Positions 51,846-64,000 of a stretch of DNA of 64,000 nucleotides are shown here, piece by piece; positions within the stretch are counted from its first letter, which is position 1; each line of letters begins with the position of its first letter. Source of the DNA: Anthoceros angustus (Eukaryota; Plantae; Anthocerotophyta); assembly GCA_010909165.1 (NCBI GenBank), contig MU008185.1:496001-560000 (forward strand), in the 5' to 3' direction. Made by a program: the position numbers and the translations under genes. The notes below the pieces were generated by a model, which worked only from the letters and a program-made list of their open reading frames with translations, was not told the origin of the DNA and did not search any database.

Positions 51846-54118
51846 CTACGATGGAGGCATATTCTCTGGAGCTGACAACGAGTTCGAAGTTTCTACAATG
51901 ACAGCAGCATCGTCGTGGACATCCACTTCTTGGGATGCACCTGAATGAGAAAGGATATCGACAGGTTCGTCCAAAGATCGAATCGTGGTGTTATAGTGGT
52001 TGGGCACCGTTTTCTCTTCCGACACTGGTCCTTCCACCTGTTGAACCACCTTGGACCTGCAGCAAGCCGTAATCAGTTGTTACCCCACAAGCAATCAAGG
52101 TGAGAGCCACTCAGATCCATGGTTGCAGGTGCATACCTCACTGATTCACCCCGTAGCAACTCCAGCTGGAGCAGAGTTGCATCTCTTTCACGAATTGCGA
52201 TTGACTCTCTCTCCTTGGCAGCTTGGGCAGCATTTACAGCACCTGCTGCAATACTTTTGCAATTTTCTTCAGATTGAAGCAGAGCTGTTTCCAGTTCCAA
52301 AATTCTCTCTCGGGCCTTACTCAGCTCCGCACGCAACTTTTGTGCTTCACTAAAAGCTGCTGCTATCCTCTCCTCGCCAGCCCTTCGCTGCCAAATGTGA
52401 AAACACAAAATTTACACTCTACCATTCCGATTGAAACAATTTGATTGTAGATCAGGGTTTACCTCACGAGCATATGTTTCCGCACTTTCATCCTGGTCTT
52501 GATACATTTGCTCAAGTTCTGTTGCGGCTGCTTTCCACTTTTCATTTAAAGATGTTGCCGCTCCAGCTGCAGCTTCAGCAGCTTCGGCTGTATCAGAAAG
52601 CCTCCCTGCCAACTCGGAGATTTTATGATCTCGTGCTCTCAGGTCCTTGGCCATCTGCTGGAGTTCCTCATCTTTTATCCTCAACGTCTCCTGTCATGTC
52701 ATGCAGGGGCAAGCCACAGACCAGCATATCAGCCTTCACAAATTGCTAGAACAGGGCTACCACTTTTGTCCACATCCCCCTCCCACCCCACAATGGAGGT
52801 TCGACCCATTGTCACACACCATGTTTGGCCCTACAAAGCACCAAGGAACCTTAGCCCTGAATGGTATACCTTCATGATTACCTTCATAATGCTTAAATCA
52901 TCCATGCCCCCATCAGAAAGCTGAGGAGCCTGCGGTGCACTAATATGTAGATGAGCCTTCATTGAACTTTGCAAACTGGCCTGAATTTCCTTTGCTGCTT
53001 CCCTTGCGGTTGCATTTGCAGAGGCTACAGCTGCAGCCACTGTGCCTGTCTTAGCTAAGCCAGTTCCAGTCAGTGAGTCTACAGCCTCCCGATGCGCCTT
53101 CAAAACCAATGATACCGCCCTTCCGTCCAGCCACAAAACACAAGTAACCTTCACTATCAGTGCAAGCCAATAACGTCAACGTGTTAGCCTGCATTACAAA
53201 CATGCAACAAGACTCGACCTCATTCCGTTTCCTGGCCAAGAGCTATATTTACCTTAGAGTGGCAACCCATGCCTTTGCAGCGGCTGGTGTATCCGCACAG
53301 AAGAAGTATTCCTTCTTTTGAGGTGTGCCAATGTCTAAAGTTCTGAATTAAGTTGACAAGTTTTCTCCTGAGCTTGAAACAACGAACGCAAAGGCAAATG
53401 CAAATACAGGGGAATCCGCAGGATACAGAAGCAGCTACCTTCGTACTTTTTTGCCGGGCTGCCCGACAGAAGAGACACCACACAGCCGCTTGCTAAGTTA
53501 GCCACTTCACATCAAGGGCCAAACCAAACGCCAGCATACAAATAATCGCGCAACTTACTGCAGATTGATTGGAGAGATAGTTATCGTGCTGTTTGCTTCA
53601 AAGTGAATGATCCCCCTCGGAGTTGCATCCCCTCTTTGAGTCCTGATCAGAAAAGTAACTTCCACAAATTAGCTTGCGCCCCACACTCGACAGGGAACGG
53701 GAGAGAGCGCTGACAGATCACCTGTACTCCATCTTGCCCGTTGAGGGATCCAGCGTGAACCATCTCTGGTTCCACTTCCGCAGCTGCAACTCAGAACCAG
53801 GCCATTGTCAATCAGACTGAGAAGCCAGCAGTTCATCATAATCCCAAGAACCGGGACTCACAAACAAAGCCGTGAACTCTGCTCACAGTCTCAGATCGCT
53901 TGAGAAGAGGCCCGTGCAACAGTACGGTTTCGGAGGAACCGCTGAGCTGCTTCCTAATCTTCTCGAAGCTGGATTGCGCATCGTCCAAGCCATTCTGTTC
54001 CTAAACACAGCAGAAGAGCATGCTCAGCGTGGTATGAGCAAACGAAACCCCGAAGCTCACGATGACACGACCCGATCGGGCAGACGAGCACCTGAGAATT
54101 GAGATGCGCATGGGCCAT
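51846..54118 (-). CDS. SWAP70: Plant SWAP70-like PH-domain plus coiled-coil protein; multi-exon
   Basis: SFEKIRKQLSG...LLHGPLLKRSET/LRKWNQRWFTLDPSTGKMEY/...GIIHFEANSTITISPINL/YIGTPQKKEYFFCADTPAAAKAWVATLR/LVLKAHREAVDSL.../ETLRIKDEELQQMAKDLRARD.../LRAELSKARERILELE. An alternative in-frame ATG lies at 54181. The last-exon junction is inferred. Confidence 0.88.
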
Positions 54119-54511
54119 GGTGCCGTGAGCATTTAAGTCCTTGATGAGAGCCCACTCGGGAGCGAAAACTGATTCCCCCATCACCTGTCTTATGCTCGAA
54201 TTTCCTCGAGGAAGAGACAGTACCGAATTCCTCGTTTCCTTGTTGCTTTCCGTCGAATCGGTGCATGTGTTCCGGGCGGGACAGCGACACGATCTTTCTC
54301 GCTTCGCTTTGCATTGAGATGCTTTACATTTACAGTACAACACTTGACTTCGGAACTCCAGAGTATATTTTTGCCTTTCCGCTCTAGCGACATTTATCCT
54401 TTTCGCTTAACTGGGAGTGACGTTTTCACATCTCACCAGTTCTAGTCCTCTAGCTTTCCTACTTGCCGAACAGAGGTCACTTCCAAAGACATCGGTATCA
54501 GCTTCAGGCCT

Positions 54512-57500
54512 TCAGGCTCCATCTGCCGTTGTGTGAGCGCGTTCTTCACGAAACAGCTTCACGATTCCGTCAGACCCGCTCGTGAGGAAGCCACCAGCCA
54601 GCACCTGGAGGTCTGTTACGGCAGCCTGCGTCCACAGATGGAAGGCTAGAGGTCAGATATAGGGACTAGACAGTATATTCAACCCAGCGTTTCTCGAGTC
54701 GTACCTCGCTTTTCAGACTATAAAGGAGAGACTCAAGCTGGCTTACTTGCCCCTGAATCAAGAGCTGCTTGTGAGCGTTGAGTCGCTTACTATGCCAGAT
54801 GAATAGGCTGAGCTCCATGGATATAGGAGAAGGGAGATGATGGCTAGAATAACTTACATGGATGGCGCCAAAGCCTGTTGAATCATGGCGCATAAACAGG
54901 TGCCTTTCATGAACTTTGTGCCAATGCTCCACCATTTCACACGTGTTTACATCCCACAATTTCACATCCCCGTCTTTACTCGCAGAGAAGAATAAAGATG
55001 TGCCAGGGACTGGTACTACGCGGGAGATGCCTCCTGCAAGCAGATGAGCCACCAGTGTGATTTGGTGGTTCGTTAATGAATGATGGTTGCTGAGAAACAT
55101 GTACATGGCGCTGCATTACCTGAGTGAGCATGAGGCAGATGCCAAATCATGCCGGCAGTACCCTGCTGGCCCTGCTTGCGTCCTGTGGAGTCACCCAGCT
55201 TGCCTGCCTTGGAACCGCGTTGAGCAGTGGGGGAGTTGAGAGTGTCTCTGGTAGATGCACGGTGCCGTTTGGATTTTCCACCTGCAATGTAGCGGAAGTC
55301 GTGCACGGAAATATCACCAGTCTTCCCTCCAGTGACTATCAATGGCACACTAGAGCTTCCTTCAACGCCGTTGTCAAACATCCCAATGCAGCGTGCACCT
55401 CCTGTACCAACAGCGCAATTTCTCAGATAAACAATATCACGGGTTGGACAACAGGAAAATTGGCATGATGACCTATGTGATGAAGCGCACAGGTTCCAGT
55501 GCCAACCTTCATGACACACAACAGAACGAGATGCATTTGGAGGGGCAAGCGTGTCCCAAATTACAAGATTTTCCCCGTTCTGTGTGCTTCCAGTTGTTGC
55601 CAGAATACTTCCGCTGGGTCCAACAAAAGCAACATCTCTGAACATAACCACGAAGACACCATTGATTGCATGGTCAGACCCAGCAGAATGCGCACCCAAA
55701 AGGCGAGAACAAAAGCTGATGGTTTGAAAGTCCGGTGCGTTACACTCACGATGCAAGGCGGCCAAAACACATTCTAGAGTCTGTTGGACAGACATTGCTC
55801 CTTCCTCCAACCTCAAGTTGCCAGATGCTGACAGAGCCATCTAAAGCCGCGGTTGCAAACCTATGGCCACAGTGATCGAATCTGACTGCAGATACCGATG
55901 GAATAACATAGAGAGGGGGGACATTTGTGCCTGGCAAGACTCCATATGTTGCAGTGGCTGATGCTTTCCCAAACTACAAATCAAATCATTCAAAATGTTA
56001 AGTCAGAAGCTACCCAGGCGTCAGCTACAGAAGGAACACAAGACAAGGCCCCCTTGCAGAACTCCTCCCTGCTGTTTGCATCCCCCACCAAGCATGACAA
56101 ACATTGAGGGCTCTGCTAGTCAGGTTTTTTCACAAAGCAGATAACTGGAATCCCTGAACTGCCTGACACACTCAAATCCTACCCTACATACATGAGATAG
56201 ATGAAGGATGACACTGACCTCCCACAGATAGACGTGCGTATTATCTGATCCCACAAGAAAGAGCGGCCTCAAAGGGTGTGCAGCCATTGCTTTGGTGTGA
56301 ACATTTTGAACAGTAGCAGGGGGGTCCACGACACCCTCTTCCCATTCCTCTCCTCCCCAACCCCAGGCTCCCATGCCGCCATATCCTGGAACACCAAAAC
56401 CCACTCCCTTGCCGAAATCCTTACCAGGCGTGGCCACCAATCCCCGACGTGCTGCAGATCCTCCTACACCAAGTCTAGCCCCAACTTTGGTGCCCAAGCC
56501 TATGGTTGTAGCCTCAAAAATAGGAGTAGGAGTTGATACAGAGCCTGCCCACCCATCCTTGGGCCAGTCCGCTTCACTCCACAAGTTGTCAGTGGACTTC
56601 GAAAAGGTGCTGTGAGTCTTAAGATCGAGGAAAAGTATTCCCTGAAGATGAACAAGGACATGCTCTATCACCACGTGGCACAATAGGTTCAAGATGCCAA
56701 CAAAGAATTGCTGTCAGCCAGGAAGGTATAAAGTGCCAGGATTTCCGAACCTTGTGATGGCTTGCAACAGCAAGTTGTTCAGGGTTACAGGAATTTATGC
56801 AAATACCCTGTAACATCCAAATACGTGGTTATCAGTGACCAGAAAATCTGGTCGACCAAATTTCCCTTGGAGACTTGGGAATGCAGATGGATAGAAGGTA
56901 CTGAATAGTCCTCACTGTGAAGACTAAAGTGCTATACACGCTCAAATCAAATACCTCAAATAACTCTCCACTCAAATGAAGAACTTCCTCAGGCGGCTGA
57001 AAAGCAAGGAAACCCCTCCCACTCGTGCCGCGCACGTTTCCCACCAACCCTTCAACAGCCCCTTTTGAACCTCTGCCTATAGCATTGTTTGTGTCCCCAG
57101 TCATCTTACCAGAAAGAGGCCTTCCAATTGCATTACTATCCCTTACAAAATAAGTGCTTCCTCTAGCACTAGTTCCTGCTGCACCCCCTGAGCCAGGACC
57201 AGGAGGACCAGACCCTCTTCTTTGCGAAATGTTTGTCATCCCTGCGTTGTCAACAGTAGCTCGAGGACCTATAATACCTTCCAATCCTAGAGCTGACAGT
57301 ACTTTTTCCTTCACAACCAGCAGCTTCCAAAGCTCTACGCAAGCCACTTCTTGAGCTACTTCCTGCAACAGTAACGAGTCCTGAGGGCTAGATGGCATTC
57401 CTGAGGGGTCACCAGATGCTGATTGGGTCGGTTTCCCCCAAAGCCAGACTAAAAGAGGATCAACAGCTGGACTCCTTGAGCACTGAAATACATGAGAAGC

Positions 57501-60500
57501 GAGCTGCCTGCGCAAACCAGCTGCTATACAAGCCAAACAGCTCATCAGAGGCACACCAGGATCTTCTGACTCTGATGCAGAGTCCTGAAGTAGATCAGAG
57601 GTTGTCTTAAGACCATCAGTCCCTATATGTCCTTCATCAGATAACAAAGGATCATGTGAATGCCCTGTTACCTTTGCAAAGGATACCCCCGAAGCTTGGC
57701 CATCAGAGGTTGGTGATGATGGTTGAAAGCCCGAACCAAGGATTCCAGAAGCCTTTAAGAATGATGGCGAAAGAGGAGGTGATCGGGCAGGAGAGGGGCC
57801 CCCAAATGGCGATTTAGGGGACGTTTGGGATGGTGACTGAATTTGAGATACTCTCCCAAAGCTGCTGTAAGACCCTTCCTTGATGCAGCCAGACAGCTGT
57901 CTCCTTGCATAGGAGAGGACATGGCTCCACAGACAAAAACCCAGCACTCTCCACACATCATCTTCAGATATTGGCGATGGTTTAATGACAGAGCCACTTC
58001 CATCCTTTCCCACCCCATCTGCCACCTTACTCTGCAGGCCTATCTCCTGTTGATCCACATTCGGCAACCAAGCACTTGCATCCAACTGAACCAAGGGAAT
58101 GGTTGGAGGAGTTGCAGGATCTTTCAATATTGGGCCAACAAGCATCAGCAAAGCATTTGCTCGTCGTCCAAGCCAAGCAGCAGCCACAGATATCACATAA
58201 GCCAGCATACTTGCTACATCTTTTGTCTTCTTGTCAATCCCAGTGGCACTCCCCTCGCAGCTTGCATTACTTTCTGCCTTCAAGATAGCTGGACTAGCAG
58301 CACTTGCAAGCAATACAATCTCCAAGGCATAGCGAATCATACTCTCAAGTTGAGGCCAAGGAAGAGCTCCACCTTCCAGGCTAGTGTCACCGAGCTGAGT
58401 TTCCTGTACCAACCTAGCAACAGACTGCCTCCACTCACCTTCTCTACCACCGATTACTTGTCCAAAAGCTTTTTGACCTGGGGCAACAGCTCCACCACAA
58501 ACCAAAACAGCTCGAGCTAGAACCCAAGGAACATCTTTGCAGACTGCTTTCATGCAGCACTGAGCCATAACTGGAAAGTTTGATTGACTTGTCAGACATT
58601 CCTTCTCAGAATCAGCAAGAGCACCCTGCAGAGCGCATTTCAAGAGGCTGACAAAGTATGGCCGACCAAAGTTGCTTGAAAGAACAAACAACTGCCATCA
58701 TCAAACAACGCACATGTTAGCCAACTTGAGTTAGAAGGCAAAAGGACGATCCACTGGCACTTCAGGTGACCCGAAGATGAATACAGACAAGCTGATAGAT
58801 ATACCTCACGCAGAATTCGATGAACGTTTACTGAAAACTTCTTCTCCATTGTTTTCAAGTTTTCAAATAGCAAATCATCAGCTTTTTTTAGGAGCGGATG
58901 AAACCTGCTGACTTCTTTATGAGAGTCAAATTCTTGGCCTGCTTCCAGAAAACCACCACTGGTTGCTCCTAGTCCACCTGACTTAATCAGCAAGTCAAGA
59001 TACCTGGCTAACTGCTTCCAAGTCCAGATCCCAGTAAGCCACCCTGGATGATCCTGGAGAAGTTGAGAGGCACACTGGAGCGCTAGGTTATCTTTCATAG
59101 CTTGTGCAACATCTGCCACAAGAATGTCTGACATCCAGCCACAGCCCACATTCCCTTCTTTAACTTTGTTGGAGACTGCTAAGCTCTCATCAGCTGCAGC
59201 TTCATCATCTCTTGATCCCCAGTTTCCTACGTCACCTAGGCTGGACAATCTTCTCAACTTCGACAAAGACCCAGTGGATGCTGATGCCAGCTGCTCCAGT
59301 GCTTGCAGCTTCAAGTCAATCACAGTGCTTGTGAGTTAGCACTAGTTCTAAGTCCACTCTGTTGAAGACTCCACCAGAGCATTCCCAAGCAAAAGCATGA
59401 AACATCTCGAGTCTGGTGGTACTCACTGGAAACCCTGTCCTTGACAGAGAGTAGACAGTCAATGATCTAGCGTCCCGTAATATTCGAGATGCTTCAGACG
59501 CAAGGGGACCAGCTTGTAGCCTGGACTTTGACAACAGAGTAGTAGAGAACTCCACTACATCGGGATCCAAGCATGAGCCAGAGCTGCCTGTCGGGAAGAA
59601 TATCCCTGCCTCCTCATCTTGTGCATACGATGAATACTCAAAGGGCCCAGTTTCTACCTCTTGCGACCTAGTCAATTCCCGCATAGCTTCCAGCTTTTGA
59701 CCAATCGACCACTGATAAAGCATCACCACGAATTAGCAGAGATTAGAGTGTAGTACCTACGGAAACAACATCTGGGGTACAACACCCGTTCTCCTGAAGC
59801 TTAGGACACCTAGTGTCCTGCAAGGCCTTACCTGCAGCAAGCTTGCCAGCCAAAAATCACGGGATAATCTTGCAGCGGGGATCAGCTGCTTGGCCACTAA
59901 GTTGGTCCCAATAGGACCATTTGACCCTTCAACCAGGCGGCAAATGACTAATGCAAGCTGAGGATCCACTATGTTTTTGGAACATATGCCGACACAGGAA
60001 GCAACATCTCCGCCTAGAAGGAAGAACGCGGCAGCCAGCTCATGCCGGTGTTTCCCCATGAGCACATATGCATTCTTTAAGGCTGCTCCTTTGTGCTTTT
60101 CGTCCTGGAAAGAAAAACACCAATACGCATCCGCATCAGATAGGATAAAACATGTTGGTGCATATATAACGCACCCTAACTCTTCAATTCAGGATGTTTC
60201 TCTTCACCACTCTCTCCAATTTCACCAAGAAGGAACACCAGTCACTTAGCAATGGAGGAAGGCTCACAGTGCAAGTACCTTAAAATCTCGAGTGAGGAAC
60301 TCATACAGATTCTTATCTTTGTCATCTCGACTTAGTTTAAAGAGACCTGTTAAAACATTCTTACGATCCAAAGCAAGGTAGAGAAGCATACAGTCCTTGG
60401 GGTCCTTTCTAGTAAGATATTGTGCTCGTGCAAGCTTCTCCATCTGGAAAAGAATGATGATCCAAACATCAGCTTGCAAGATGCACGACTACGTGACCAA

Positions 60501-63500
60501 GTGGTATAAACCAATCAATTGTACAGCACAAAGACACTGAAGAAGACCTTACTCGTTTTCGAAGCAGCAGATGGTCACTGTACCAAAATCCCATTCCCAG
60601 TGCACGAAAATCAGTCCACAAAGGTTGATCAGATAGACAGAAATCCAAAACATCGTCCTTCGATTCAGACTGGAGTGCCCAGGCCATAGCTTTCGAGTCT
60701 ACATTCAGGTCTGATTCAGTCAGATTATGTGCTTTCCTTCGAAGAGACTGATGATGGACATATCGAGCAGCGAGCCAGAACCTTCACATGAATGAAGCCA
60801 CATCAGAGCGGACATGAAGCCGGTGAACCTTATGCAGACAATGCTTTGTGAGAAAATTTGAAACCAAACCCTGGCAATCTAAAGGTCGTTGAAAGGTCAC
60901 CTCTGCCCTGGCTGGTCTAACTGCAAGCTTTGAGTGGTTGTACTGACGCCATCCATTTCCACCAGGGTATCCACAAGGGCCAAAAGTTGGATCCTCTCAC
61001 AACCCAAAAGTCCTGGAAGCTCAGTGTGCTGCTCAAGTACACGAACTATAGCCTCCACTTCCACTTTACTTAAAGGCTCTCTGCCACCTCGTCTGATCTG
61101 ATTGGCGTCCCCGTACGATGTCCTTTCTTCATTACATTCCAGGGAATCGAGAATCTTATCAGAATCCAGAAATGAATATTGATCGTCCAGATTCAATTTG
61201 AAATTACTCAGCCTATCACGGGCTCCAGGATTGAAGCTGTTACTGTCTGCTACAACCACAGCCACATCATCCTCGTCAGGGAGAAACTCCATCAAGCTCA
61301 AAACTGGAACCTTGACAGGTTGACAAACTGGCTTTGTATCACTGGCAGAAGCAGGGCTGCCATCAACGTCAGTTGGTGAGGTGGAGGCAACCAAGTAATG
61401 CACAAGGTGCCGAATAGAGGCTCGAGCGCACCCCTTCTCCCCTGAGACAAACATCAAATACTATTAGCATAAAAGAAGGAGCACCTAAGACATCAAAAAT
61501 CACCTGTGACTACTTCTCCGTGAGTGAACTTCCCCTGGAAAACAAACAAAAGTGACAAAGTTTGACATGCTACTGCGCACACCTTTATTTAGAAACCAGA
61601 GGATCTTCTTGGGGTGGTAGTCCAGCAAAGGAGATCCTTCAGAGTGGACAGCTTCTATAAGTGTGGCACTTCTGTCCTGCACGCTAATGACAGGCAGCTT
61701 TTCCGAAGACAGATAAGGTTCTCTCGGAAGAGCATTGTAAGACAATGAATATGGTATCCTCTCTTCAAGTTTACCCGTGGCATTGAAAGCACTGTACATT
61801 GACAGTGATGGCGAGGAAACAGAGTTGGGGAGGGCTGCATTCAATTTCTGGAGCTTTTTATCTCCAGTTTTGAATGCAACTCGTCCTGAAGTTCTGAGAG
61901 ACATGACGCATATGTGCCCACCAGAAGCCACAAAAAGGCTTGCACAGGGGCCCCATGCAATTGTGTCAGTCTTACCAAACAATGGAACCACAGCAAGACA
62001 TCGCCAACGTGCACAGTCACCACCACGAGTTTTGCTTTGAACATGTACTTGCACTTCATTCGGTAGGGCGATTGCAAGCAGAGCAAGTCCATTACCCTGC
62101 TCTGACCAACTTAGCGCAGAAATGGGACCCAAAAGCTGAATCCTGTCGTCTAGACTATACCGTCCATGCCCGAGTATGCTCATAGCCTGCCAAATGCACA
62201 CAGAATGACCATCCTGGGCTGGACCCTCGCTGACTGTAGCAAGCAGTCCTGACACATGGGTAACAGCTACTGCAGTAATTTCTGTGTCTCCAGCCTTTAG
62301 GAGTCCAAGACTTTGCCAGAAAGACTGCTCAGGCCCTCCTTCGATAGTATCCCCACAAAAATCTATCTTCCAAGTTCGTATTATGCCATCTGCACAACCA
62401 GTTATCATTTCACAATGTCTACCCTCTGCTGAATCAGAAACTGAACACGGACGCCTCACGGCATCTACACTTGTCACCCGCTCTTCATAAGCCAGTGCTG
62501 TGGATCCTAAGATGTGCCATTGAAATAGAAGAACATTCGGCAAACCTGATTTCACATTCAAGGTCTCCAATTGCATGCGTCTTTGGGTCTCTTCCAAGCC
62601 CATTCCATACTGCTCCTTATCTGGCTGATCATCTAAATTCCTATCTGTTAGGTTGATGAGAAGCTTCCATGCCACAAGTGCAGTTCCACTGTTTCCTACT
62701 CCCAATATTACACAATCAAACTCCGTGTCAGTGCTAACACAAGGATACCTTGATGGAACAGCGTACACCCCTTCCGTGCCGTGCCCATCCAAAAGTGGCC
62801 AAGTCAAAGTGCACATGTGTCTATGGCAACCCTTAACAAGTTCAGGTTTCCCTTTGGGAGAGCTGGATGCTTTGAATATCAGAAAGCAGCTCACTCCTTC
62901 ATCATTGGCGACAAGCAAGACTGACTCACCTCCTGGAAGGACAAAAGGTGCCCATGCCAGCACATCCAGGTGTCCTACTCCAGAAACTTGCTGCCCGGTA
63001 AGACGGCCACTCAGCCTGACAAGTGGGGCCGAAAAATTTTCAATGTCAAACTGGGGCTGATAAACAGAGCTCAGTAGCCACAGAAGGACATTTCCTGCCT
63101 TATCCAAAGATGCAGCAAGCTTTGTGGTGATAATGGGATGTACAGCAATACTGAGGACTTCCACATGATGACCATCTGCAAGCATATCTTCACCGGCAAC
63201 ACTCCAGGCACTCTTCCTCCCGAGGGCTGACGAAGTTCCAGAGTTCACCTGGCCCGACTTTGAACCTCCCCCACCAATTGCTGCGACAGGAGGCCATATG
63301 CGCAAGCACCTGTAGTGACCACCCTGCAGAATCTCAAACACGTCCAAAGACGAGGGGGGTTCAGCCAGTGTCCCTTCATGCCTCTGAACGACAGCTTTGA
63401 CAAAAGAAGGATTGAGCTGATCCGGCAGCAAGTCAGACCCATGGTTCCACAGAAGGGCCCGTGGACAGCGAGGGGGACTGACATCATCCAGACAATGGAG

Positions 63501-64000
63501 GGACCAAAGGGAAATGGAGCCATTGGGGCCAAGGCCAACCAGCCACTCACATGTTGCCACCTCATTGCCTTTCAAATCTTGACTGGTTGCACTGTTTTTG
63601 GTGCTGCTCGCTCCACCAAATGCCCTGACCATCACATCAGTGGCCCATGTCACATGAATGTTCTGCCCCAGCTGCCCTTGCAGATTCCTGTTCACTTCAA
63701 TTACGGCACTCACAAAAAAGGTAGTTTTGGATCGTTTGTCACTAGATTCTTTTCCTGCAGCCCTGTCATTCCTGGACTTGCCAGAGTCGATCTCAATCCA
63801 TAACCTCAATGCTCCATCCTTTGAGGAGGTGAGCAAGATCTGCCTTTGAGGCTGACCAGAGTCCCCTGATTGCGTACTTCCTAACGCCACCTTCGATGGT
63901 CTCCACTGCACCATGAGCACTTTTTGGGGGTGCAACAGTTCTACCTCCTCCAATTCCAAACCATCTTCCCAACACCATATCGTGGCTCTATCTTTGGATC
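54512..64000 (-). CDS. RAVE complex Rav1 / Rabconnectin-3alpha (DMXL)-like large WD40 protein; 5' end lies beyond the window
   Basis: Rav1p_C-like segment GMGFWY...MEKLARAQYL...DPKDCMLLYLAL...LFKLSRD...FLTRDF...AALKNAYVL.GKHRHELAAAFFLLG...DPQLALVICRLVEG. N- and C-terminal WD40 exons (LLTSSKDGALRLW, AHPLRPLFLVGS, FATAALDGSVSIW, ASKDGDVKLWD, FLTSGSDGIVKLF...ADGA*). The frame is open to position 64000. Confidence 0.92.

Overview
Eukaryotic nuclear DNA from a gene-dense, GC-rich land-plant genome with short (about 70-130 nt) GT-AG introns. The PPR gene has a PGxSWW-type DYW box, which points to a seed-free plant; a hornwort-like genome is my best guess, and this is inference. Ten protein genes can be reconstructed: XRN3-like exoribonuclease (+), NATA1/THT-like GNAT acetyltransferase (-), PLS-class PPR (-), a very long OVATE family protein (-), strictosidine-synthase-like (-), RING-CH E3 ligase (-), an unrecognised ~1127-aa acidic tandem-repeat protein (-), TBP (-), transportin-1 (+) and SWAP70-like PH/coiled-coil (-). 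An eleventh, the RAVE/Rabconnectin-3 (Rav1/DMXL) WD40 gene (-), runs off the window edge. There is also a frameshifted PPR pseudogene and two gene-free, probably TE-derived intervals (about 1-4.6 kb and 38.6-44.2 kb). The most unusual object is the PPR gene at 13789-16647. It fuses an OSB-type 'PDF' motif to an intact, recently triplicated PLS array whose code residues differ between copies. It ends in a DYW deaminase that has lost its catalytic Glu and carries two mutually compensating frameshifts. No rRNA, tRNA or CRISPR array was found. All family calls come from motif recognition, not database searches. Coordinates for spliced genes are start-to-stop spans.
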